This document shows, piece by piece, positions 56,915 through 64,000 of a stretch of DNA of 64,000 nucleotides. The notes beneath the pieces are model-generated. The model had not been told where the DNA came from, did no database searches, and saw nothing but the letters and a program-made list of their open reading frames with translations. The position numbers and the translations under genes were made by a program. The stretch comes from an uncultured Elusimicrobia bacterium (GTDB taxonomy: Bacteria; Elusimicrobiota; Elusimicrobia; 2-01-FULL-59-12). Positions within the stretch are counted from its first letter, which is position 1, and each line of letters starts with the position of its first letter. The stretch is taken from positions 960,001-1,024,000 of the forward strand of contig OY969767.1 in the NCBI GenBank assembly GCA_963702895.1. Direction: 5' to 3'.

Positions 56915-58156
56915 ATGGGAGACCGGACGAGGTCTCTTCTGCAGGGGTTAGATTGGGTCGTCTCCGCAAGCTTGATTTCCCGCTTGCTCGTTGGTGGAAC
57001 AACTCTCGTGATCGCGCGCAAACTGGGCGCGGCAGCTTTTGGTGAAGCCAACGTGTCGCTGGCCCTGGCGTTGTGGATCCAGATACCGATGCTCATCAGT
57101 CTGCAGACGGCCGTGGTTCACTACCTGCCTCAATCATCCATGGATGAGAAGTCATCGTGGATCTCGACGGCCCTTGGACTCCAGCTGGTTTTCATGGTTT
57201 TGACACTCAGCATCGGTTGGTTTGCTCGAGAAACATGGTGTGCCCTTTTTCGTATTCCTTCCCCCTATTTCCTGGGAGCCTTGTTGTGGTGCACAGGCTA
57301 TCTCCTATTCTCGGCAATAACATCGGTTTTCAGCGCTCTCGAGAAGTTTAGGGCGCGTGCCTTCTCGGAAATTCTCTTTGCGATGGTCTTTCCGCTTTTG
57401 ATCGTCGGATGGAGCACCGATGGGAATCTGAACGCGCTACGATACATACATTCCCTCGGTGCGACGTACGCCGGTGTCGGGCTCATCGGTTTGGTCGTAC
57501 TGATGGCAAAGGTAAACGTCTTTGCGTTTTCCCCCTCACGTATCTCTCCTTTGATGCGTTTTGCACTGTTGGCCAGCCTTGGAAGTCTCGTGAATGCGTT
57601 GCTTCATTCGCCGGGGCGCCTGATCGCCAATCGTTTCTTGAGCATGTCAGAGGTAGGCGTGTTGTCAGCCTATCAGTCGGCCTCGATCCAGATCGCCCTC
57701 TTTTTCCTTGCGGCTGTTTCTCAAGTCTTTTTCCCCATCGCCTCTCGAACGCCCGATCCAGCCGCGCTCTTAGTGAAAATAAAAAAGTTTTTACTTCAGA
57801 GTGCGCCGGTGCTCTTCATCCTTCAAATTGCTTTGACGGCTTGTCTATTTAAGTTACTGGGGCGTGGTTATCCCTTGTATCTGCAGGAAACAGTTCTGTT
57901 CTCTTTGGCTGCGGTCATGGTGTTTGCGTACGGATTGCTCGCATGGTTCCTCGTCTCCTGCGGAATTCGGTTGATGTTGCTCAGCTTTCTCTGTGGTATT
58001 CTGGCCGGCGCCTCCAATCTCCTTTTGAGCTGGATGCTCATCCCTTCCTTGGGGATCCGGGGAGCCGGTCTAGCCATGGTCCTCTCGCCCATCCTCGGCA
58101 TCGCTCTCAGTTGGCTGGTGGCCAAGCGGTTCATCCCTCCATGCGGATCACATTAG
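56915..58156 (+). CDS. wzx: Wzx-like oligosaccharide flippase (PST/MOP family)
   Basis: ARKLGAAAFG, VFFP, LIPSLGIRGAGLA, about 12 TM; start uncertain (56864-56915). Confidence 0.78.
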   Translation: MGDRTRSLLQGLDWVVSASLISRLLVGGTTLVIARKLGAAAFGEANVSLALALWIQIPMLISLQTAVVHYLPQSSMDEKSSWISTALGLQLVFMVLTLSIGWFARETWCALFRIPSPYFLGALLWCTGYLLFSAITSVFSALEKFRARAFSEILFAMVFPLLIVGWSTDGNLNALRYIHSLGATYAGVGLIGLVVLMAKVNVFAFSPSRISPLMRFALLASLGSLVNALLHSPGRLIANRFLSMSEVGVLSAYQSASIQIALFFLAAVSQVFFPIASRTPDPAALLVKIKKFLLQSAPVLFILQIALTACLFKLLGRGYPLYLQETVLFSLAAVMVFAYGLLAWFLVSCGIRLMLLSFLCGILAGASNLLLSWMLIPSLGIRGAGLAMVLSPILGIALSWLVAKRFIPPCGSH

Positions 58157-59262
58157 TTTGTTCTTCATTGATGAGCGGTGGAGCTGAAAGACTGGTGGCT
58201 CTGCAGTCCGGTGAGTATGCGAGAAGAGGAGATACAGTCACGGTGGTCACCCTAAGTCGAGAAGAAACCGATTTTTACGTGCTTGCCCCCGGAGTCCGTC
58301 GTGTGGCCTTGAGATTGAGTGCCATGTCTCGAAATTCTGTGGAGTCTCTAACGAACACGTTTCGTCGATTGATCGCCCTACGTCGCGCGATTCAAGGCAC
58401 GGATCCTGGGGTCGTGGTGTCGTTTGTTGATCAACTGAATGTCATGACACTTATGGCTCTTCTGGGGACAGGAATTCCCGTCATTGTGACGGAACATCTG
58501 GATCCGCGCTGGCCTTCGTGCTCCCGCATTTGGAGACTCATGCGCCGGCTGCTTTATCCCCTCGCGGCGGCACTCGTCAGTACATGTGAAGGGGTCGACC
58601 GACAGTATTCATGGCTCCCCGCGCGCAGACGTCAGGTCAATTACAATCCCTTGACCAATATTCACGAGGAAACAGAGGCGTCCACATCACCTATGCTGCT
58701 GCCCTTGGATCGAAAACGGATCACTGCCATGGGAAGGCTGGTCCCACAAAAAGGTTTCGATTTGCTCATTCAGGCGTTTTCAGAGATCGCCAGCCTCCAC
58801 CCCGACTGGGACCTCTTGATCTTGGGGGAAGGCCCTGAGCGCACGCACCTTGAGGAAGTGGTCACAGGGAAGGCGCTGGTGGGACGTGTGAGCCTAATAG
58901 GACTTCAGAAAGCACCTTTTTCTATCTTAAAGCAGTGCCATCTTTTTGTCCTATCGTCACGCGCGGAAGGGTTTGGGAATGTTCTGATTGAGGCGATGGC
59001 ATGCGGACTGCCCGTCATCAGTTTTGATTGCCCGAGTGGTCCCTCAGAGATCATCCGCCACGGAGAAGACGGGTGGCTCGTACCGGCTGGAGACGTGAAG
59101 GCCCTCTCGAATGCGATCGATCGGATGATTCGACAGCCCGAGACGAGGCAAGTCTTGCAAAAGGCAGCCCTCCAAAATGTCCAGCGTTTCAGTCTCGAAA
59201 AGCATATGAAGCGTTGGGATGATTTATTCCTAAGATTGGAAATATTAAATCAGTCACGGTAG
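58141..59262 (+). CDS. GT4 glycosyltransferase (PglJ/AmsD-like)
   Basis: SLMSGGAER, GRLVPQKGFD, EGFGNVLIEAMACG, DCPSGPSEII. Confidence 0.9.
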   Translation: MRITLVCSSLMSGGAERLVALQSGEYARRGDTVTVVTLSREETDFYVLAPGVRRVALRLSAMSRNSVESLTNTFRRLIALRRAIQGTDPGVVVSFVDQLNVMTLMALLGTGIPVIVTEHLDPRWPSCSRIWRLMRRLLYPLAAALVSTCEGVDRQYSWLPARRRQVNYNPLTNIHEETEASTSPMLLPLDRKRITAMGRLVPQKGFDLLIQAFSEIASLHPDWDLLILGEGPERTHLEEVVTGKALVGRVSLIGLQKAPFSILKQCHLFVLSSRAEGFGNVLIEAMACGLPVISFDCPSGPSEIIRHGEDGWLVPAGDVKALSNAIDRMIRQPETRQVLQKAALQNVQRFSLEKHMKRWDDLFLRLEILNQSR

Positions 59263-59374
59263 CCAGTCCATCGCGGACTCTGGATTTAAGAGAAGAGAAC
59301 TGGATAACGAGACAGGGGCCTGCCGTTAGCCAGGTTCTTATGTCCGAATTGGTCGTGCTTTTTCGAGATCTGAT

Positions 59375-60892
59375 TCAGGCGCGTCGGAATGATTTCCAGG
59401 ACATGATGAGATCCATCTCGAAGTTGAAGACCAAGACTCTATAGCGAATGCGCAGATCGGCTAGCGCCTTCATGAGGTAGAGAAACGCCTTTTTAAGGAT
59501 CCCCTGTGGGAGAGCCCCGACATTCATATTGCTAAAGTCAATGTAGAACGAAACCCGTTTGATCAATTCAGGATCTTTGATCCACGGAAGTCGGTCGATG
59601 CTGTCATAGCCCGTTAATCGGTTGATAGAGGTGCTCCATTCTTCCAGCGATTGGGGTTCTTGATACCCATACTGTGCCAAACATTCATCGTAGAGCGCCC
59701 CACCTGGATACGGACGAAACACTTGAGGACCGATGATCGAAATCAATCGACTGCGTGATTTGAGACTCCGGATCATATCGAGCGTTGCCCAGGTCTCTTC
59801 GGGTGTCTCTCCTGGGACGCCCATCATGAACGAATAGCTCACCCCCATGCCACTTTGGGTGATGAAATCAGCAGACTGGTGGATTTGAGCAAGCGTAATA
59901 TCCTTTTTAAGTTTATCGAGAATCCTCTGAGAACCGGACTCGGCACCGACCGCCAGGCGATGGCAGCCAATCCCTTGCAGGCGCTTCATGAGATCAAGAT
60001 CAGCAATCTTGCGGTCAAAAGCATCTGCCCTCATGTTGGTATACCAGCCAAATCTTAGTTTACGATGAGTCACTTCTTCGACGAAGCGTTCCACGTTGCG
60101 CCTATTGATAAAGAAGTTCTCATCTGAAAAGTCAAAATAGTTGATGTTGTACTGGGTCATGAGAAATTCAATTTCGTCAGCAATGCGCTTCGGAGACTTG
60201 GTTCGGTATTTGCCGAGCGAGAGATGTTTATTGGAATTGATGCAAAAGGTGCAACGATAAGGACATCCAACACCGGTGAGAATAATCCCCCAATTGACCG
60301 GGGTCGTTTCCTGTCCCCGGAAAACCATTCGATGTTGGTATCGTGGATAATTCACCAGATCCATGTTGAAATAGGGAAGATCATCAAGACTGTGGCATGG
60401 TCTTTCTCCGGTATCAACCATCTTGTTATCTCTTAGGAAGCATAGACCTTGAACGCTTGTGGGATCACCCTTGCTTTTCAAGATCGATAGGAGTTCAAGC
60501 GAGGTGTATTCGCCCTCCCCCATGCACACATAGTCGACAACCCCGGACCTCAGAACGCTCTCGGGGTACAACGTGGGATGGATCCCCCCCCAAACAACGG
60601 GGATGTGCGGGTGCGTCTGTTTGAGGTATTGGGAGAGTTCCAAAGCATGGGTAATTTGCGATGTCATGACGCTTAGCCCTATGAAAGCCACACCATTTGG
60701 ATTGGAGTGAAGACACGATTCCAACGACTGGATGGGATCCTTTTCTACAACCATATCCAGGATTCCCGTACTCCACCCACGCGCCTGGAGGAGGCTCCCA
60801 ATCGAGAGTATTCCCGCATAGAGGTAGGGAAGGGAACGATCAGCTTCCGAGTAATAAACAGAACGCGGATTGATTAATAGGCAGTCATACAT
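59375..60892 (-). CDS. B12-binding domain radical SAM protein
   Basis: CLLINP, WGGIHPT, GEGE, GCPYRCTFC, DENFF, GAESGS, FMMGVPGET; ATG 60892. Confidence 0.9.
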   Translation of the reverse strand: MYDCLLINPRSVYYSEADRSLPYLYAGILSIGSLLQARGWSTGILDMVVEKDPIQSLESCLHSNPNGVAFIGLSVMTSQITHALELSQYLKQTHPHIPVVWGGIHPTLYPESVLRSGVVDYVCMGEGEYTSLELLSILKSKGDPTSVQGLCFLRDNKMVDTGERPCHSLDDLPYFNMDLVNYPRYQHRMVFRGQETTPVNWGIILTGVGCPYRCTFCINSNKHLSLGKYRTKSPKRIADEIEFLMTQYNINYFDFSDENFFINRRNVERFVEEVTHRKLRFGWYTNMRADAFDRKIADLDLMKRLQGIGCHRLAVGAESGSQRILDKLKKDITLAQIHQSADFITQSGMGVSYSFMMGVPGETPEETWATLDMIRSLKSRSRLISIIGPQVFRPYPGGALYDECLAQYGYQEPQSLEEWSTSINRLTGYDSIDRLPWIKDPELIKRVSFYIDFSNMNVGALPQGILKKAFLYLMKALADLRIRYRVLVFNFEMDLIMSWKSFRRA

Positions 60893-61178
60893 CGTAGACG
60901 TCCGCATTGGCCGGCAGGTCCAGGCGCCTGACGGTACCCAGGAGGAAGCACGCCAGGTATCCTTTCGGCAGCCACTCACGCAGCACGGGCGGCATCAGCA
61001 ACACTTGATCGGGTTCACACGGGCGGTGTCTTTTGCTCATCGGTTCTCTTCCATCGATCTGTCGACGAAGAAATTATCCAATACCCGGGAGGCGTTCGCA
61101 AATCGGCCATCGACGACAAATCCACAGTATATCGTAGGAAGAAACATGGCCGCATCGGCTTTTACTCGGACACGCTCT
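60885..61178 (-). mobile_element. IS1182-family remnant (putative left end plus 51-codon transposase N-terminus)
   Basis: 61040-60885 translates to MSKRHRPCEPDQVLLMPPVLREWLPKGYLACFLLGTVRRLDL..., resembling IS1182 transposase starts. An IR-like AGAGCGTGTCCGAGTAA lies at 61178-61162 (IR recognised from memory). Confidence 0.7.
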
Positions 61179-62163
61179 TCGATTCCGCATATCGGAACGA
61201 CGATAGACTTTTGAGGCTCAAGCCTTCATGCCATAAAGCCACCATTCCCATGCATGCAATCATCACGAATTGAACACTATGAATGGTCAGCATGACGGGA
61301 AGAGCATGTTCTTTGGGTATTCCCAAGAGGGCAAGTGCCGTAACACCAAAAAACTCGAACGTGCCAATATAACCGGGTGCCTGGGGAAGCGCCACGGATA
61401 AGCCTAAAGCGAAAAGCAAGAAGAAAGCCCCTGCGTAGGGAAGCGGTACGGCCAAAGCTTGTGCCACCAGATAGAGGAACGTGGCTTCTGTTGTCCAAAC
61501 AAGGAGGGAAACAAGGGAAACGGTCGCCGCGGTGCCAACGGGCATGTTGCTCACGGTACTCTGTGTAATCTGGTCGATCATGTGAAGGGCCCTCGTCTTC
61601 CATATCGCAGAGATCGTGGACCGCCCGATCCATCTTTTCAAGGCATGCTGCGTGTGTTGAATGATGACCAGAAGGAGAAATCCAACAAGACAGAACCCCC
61701 CCATAAGCCAGGCGCCTTTTTTCATGTAAGGAGGAAAAGGATAAAAATACGAAGCCACAATAAATATAAGGAGAAAACTAGCGGCGTCAAAAAGGCGCTC
61801 CATCACAACACTTCCGAAAGCAGCTGTTTTTGAAATCGCGCAGGCACGGCTGCACAGAACGGCTCGAACAAGTTCCCCGACACGAAAAGGGAATATATTA
61901 TTGGCGAAAAAGCCTATGGAGAGGATACGAAATAGCTTCAGGAATCGTATGTTGCCACCCAATCGGATGAGCCTCGCCCAACGACCGGTTCTGAGCGCAA
62001 GGCCCAAGGGACAAAGCACCATCGCCGAGCCAAGGATAAGAAGGTTCGCTTGATGGAGAGACACGAACAGCTGCTGAAAAGAGATGCCACGGAAAGCAAA
62101 ATACGAACATACTCCCGCAATCAAAAGGCCTATCCCAGCGTGTTTTTTCATCTGGAGAGGCAT
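61162..62163 (-). CDS. UPF0104/lysylphosphatidylglycerol synthase TM-domain protein (putative flippase)
   Basis: RW..L, GFFANNIFPFRVGELVR, ERLFD, PQAPGYIGTFE. Confidence 0.85.
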   Translation of the reverse strand: MPLQMKKHAGIGLLIAGVCSYFAFRGISFQQLFVSLHQANLLILGSAMVLCPLGLALRTGRWARLIRLGGNIRFLKLFRILSIGFFANNIFPFRVGELVRAVLCSRACAISKTAAFGSVVMERLFDAASFLLIFIVASYFYPFPPYMKKGAWLMGGFCLVGFLLLVIIQHTQHALKRWIGRSTISAIWKTRALHMIDQITQSTVSNMPVGTAATVSLVSLLVWTTEATFLYLVAQALAVPLPYAGAFFLLFALGLSVALPQAPGYIGTFEFFGVTALALLGIPKEHALPVMLTIHSVQFVMIACMGMVALWHEGLSLKSLSSFRYAESKSVSE

Positions 62164-62180
62164 TGTACACGATGGAGTAG

Positions 62181-63683
62181 TTAGTTTCGGAGGAAACGGA
62201 TATCTCTTCTGCTACGGAGGGCTTCACTGAGGTGGGTGTCCGCGGCTGCTCGTAGTTCGAGCGAAGGGCTCTTGGCATCTTTCAGCCGGTAGAGCCGAGA
62301 TAGCGCGGCATAACTGTCGGCCTGATGCGGGTCGAGGGCGATCGCATCGCGATAGAGCTGTTCAGCTTTCTGAGAATTGCCTTGTCTTTCGAACATCCTG
62401 CCAGCGCTATGGAGTTGGCTCGCTTTAAGCGGAGATAGCCATAACGGTACAAGCAGGACAAGAACAATCCCCGTGACCCAAAGCCATTCGGTGCGGATGG
62501 ACCAGGTTTTCGCGGGCTGGGTCACAAGAAGAGTGCCGGAGAGAATGAGAAACATAAACTTGTTCAGAAGATATTCCATGTTGATGGAGAGCAGACTGAA
62601 TAGGAGGACCGATGTCCAGGTGGCCAAAAAGACAGGATGCCATGCTGGTGCCGATTGAGAATTCCTCCAGCGAAGCATTCGTCGTAGAAACTCCAGCACG
62701 AGCGCCAGGGTGGCCAACATTCCGACAAAACCCGTTTCAGCAAGCAGTTGAATGAACAAACTGTGCGGGAACAAGGTGTGTGGAAATAACGCGATTTGAG
62801 AACCGTCAATTCTAAAGTAGGGGTAGGCGGTGGCGTATCCTCCAAGACCGACGCCCGTCCAGGGATGCTCCAGCCACATCCGTAAACCGGCCCCCCAGTA
62901 ATAAAGGCGGCTTGTGCCGACATAAGGACCTATATGTAAATGTAACTTGTAGCTGATGGCTGCAATCAGGCCGAGTCCTGCAGCAGAAGAAATGGCGAAA
63001 ACAGCTTTGGTGTGTCGACGCCACAGGCCCGCCAAAGATGAGCGTAACAGCACCATGGCTCCTGCTCCCAACGAAGCATAGGCCCACCAAGACCTAGCCA
63101 ACACCAGGCAGACCAAAACAGCAGCGGCAAGAATGAGGTAACGTCGGTTCCTCGCAACCTCGAAGCCCGAAAAGAACACCCAGTAAAGAATGAAGCCGGC
63201 AAATACCGTGGAATTTATTAATGTGGCGTGGATTTCCCAATAGCCTCCATAGGGTTCAGGGGTTCCCGTTCCTTGCTGCCAAATGGCCATGAGGGCCAGT
63301 GGTATAAGGACGGAACCGGCGAGAGTGAAAAAAAGTCGAACCTCTTTTTCCGTGTGGCAGACATTCACGTAAAGATAGAAAGCGAGAGCAGAGAACAACC
63401 ACCCCCACAGATCTTGCCTTGTGGTCGGTATGTCGTATGAATGCCACAAGGACGCGGTCAGGGCCAAGAGGAAAAGGACCATGGGAAGGAACAAAGGAAA
63501 GCGAAGGGGGGCCCGGTCACGCGCGCGGCCGATCAGAAAGAGGAGGCTCAGGAACGTGATCCCGGCAAAGAACACGCAAGCCGCCCACAGGTCATGGGCC
63601 GCGCGCGCCAGAGCAGCAAACCAGACCAGCACAGAAAGCCCAAGGAAAACAAGACATTCATAATACTGATCAAAAATAATCAT
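62181..63683 (-). CDS. O-antigen ligase-like (Wzy_C) membrane protein with C-terminal TPR
   Basis: R..YW, HPWTGVGLGGY, HSLFIQLLAETGFVG, TPR-like AEQLYRDAIALDP; start 63683 or 63779. Confidence 0.8.
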   Translation of the reverse strand: MIIFDQYYECLVFLGLSVLVWFAALARAAHDLWAACVFFAGITFLSLLFLIGRARDRAPLRFPLFLPMVLFLLALTASLWHSYDIPTTRQDLWGWLFSALAFYLYVNVCHTEKEVRLFFTLAGSVLIPLALMAIWQQGTGTPEPYGGYWEIHATLINSTVFAGFILYWVFFSGFEVARNRRYLILAAAVLVCLVLARSWWAYASLGAGAMVLLRSSLAGLWRRHTKAVFAISSAAGLGLIAAISYKLHLHIGPYVGTSRLYYWGAGLRMWLEHPWTGVGLGGYATAYPYFRIDGSQIALFPHTLFPHSLFIQLLAETGFVGMLATLALVLEFLRRMLRWRNSQSAPAWHPVFLATWTSVLLFSLLSINMEYLLNKFMFLILSGTLLVTQPAKTWSIRTEWLWVTGIVLVLLVPLWLSPLKASQLHSAGRMFERQGNSQKAEQLYRDAIALDPHQADSYAALSRLYRLKDAKSPSLELRAAADTHLSEALRSRRDIRFLRN

Positions 63684-63823
63684 TCTATCGAGGCCGTAAA
63701 ATTGAAAAGACTTTGAAGCTGAAGTCTGTTCTTCCGGCTTTGCCGGCTGTTGTCGATTCAAATGATATACTAAAAACATAAGAATGACTCCATCCGCATT
63801 AGTAAAGAATAATCAATCGTAAT

Positions 63824-64000
63824 ATGAATATTACAGATACTCGTCTATTGGTCATAGGGGGGGCGGGATTTGTTGGGTCTTATGTGGTCGATGAGCTCCT
63901 GAAGGAGCCGATCAAGGAAATCACTGTGCTAGATAATTTTATACGGGGTAAGCCTGAGAACCTGAGAGCTGCGCTAACAGACCCGCGTTTGCGAGTTGTC
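63824..64000 (+). CDS. NAD-dependent epimerase/dehydratase, N-terminal part (runs off window)
   Basis: MNITDTRLLVIGGAGFVGSYVVDELL...VLDNFIRG, containing GxxGxxG. Confidence 0.85.
   Translation, partial: MNITDTRLLVIGGAGFVGSYVVDELLKEPIKEITVLDNFIRGKPENLRAALTDPRLRVV

Noticed and set aside
18764..60892. Naming the B12-rSAMs as hpnP, hpnJ or bchE
   Set aside because: No hopanoid or chlorophyll genes are nearby, and the visible motifs are only family-level.
50858..60979. Long N-terminal extensions in the ORF track (50858, 53391, 55212, 57943, 60979; also 8608, 26017, 28428, 33752)
   Set aside because: They overlap neighbouring genes or remnants; downstream starts, mostly with stop/start coupling, fit the family N-termini better.

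Overview
GC-rich bacterial chromosome segment. The taxon cannot be fixed from the sequence; an Elusimicrobiota-like organism is only a guess from gene content. There are three parts. (1) 1-7.2 kb, minus strand: pilT-family ATPase, two hypothetical genes, an acyl-CoA ligase/GNAT fusion and a GT-C-type membrane protein. (2) 7.2-18.7 kb: the futalosine menaquinone pathway (mqnP, ubiX, ubiD, mqnE, mqnA, mqnC, and convergent mqnD; mqnB is not in the window), plus a 2Fe-2S ferredoxin, an FNR-like reductase, PilZ, a DEDDh exonuclease and a short frameshifted rho. (3) 18.7-64 kb: a mosaic surface-glycan cluster with five intact GT-C-like membrane proteins (a sixth lies at the window start), six GT2 domains, three GT4s, a WecA-like transferase, Wzx, an O-antigen-ligase-like protein, four intact B12-binding radical SAM enzymes, five SAM methyltransferases, a complete IS4 with target duplication and an IS1182-like remnant. 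The main signals are: (a) nested palindromic and short-tandem DNA repeats translated in frame inside MqnE, MqnC and MqnD; (b) an operon of B12-rSAM, methyltransferase, HAD, nucleotidyltransferase, YvcK/CofD-GT2 fusion and GT2 that looks like an uncharacterised pathway; (c) genes collapsed to their N- and C-termini, one of which keeps translational coupling; (d) a Rho without its RNA-binding domain. All family calls come from motifs read by eye, not from database searches.
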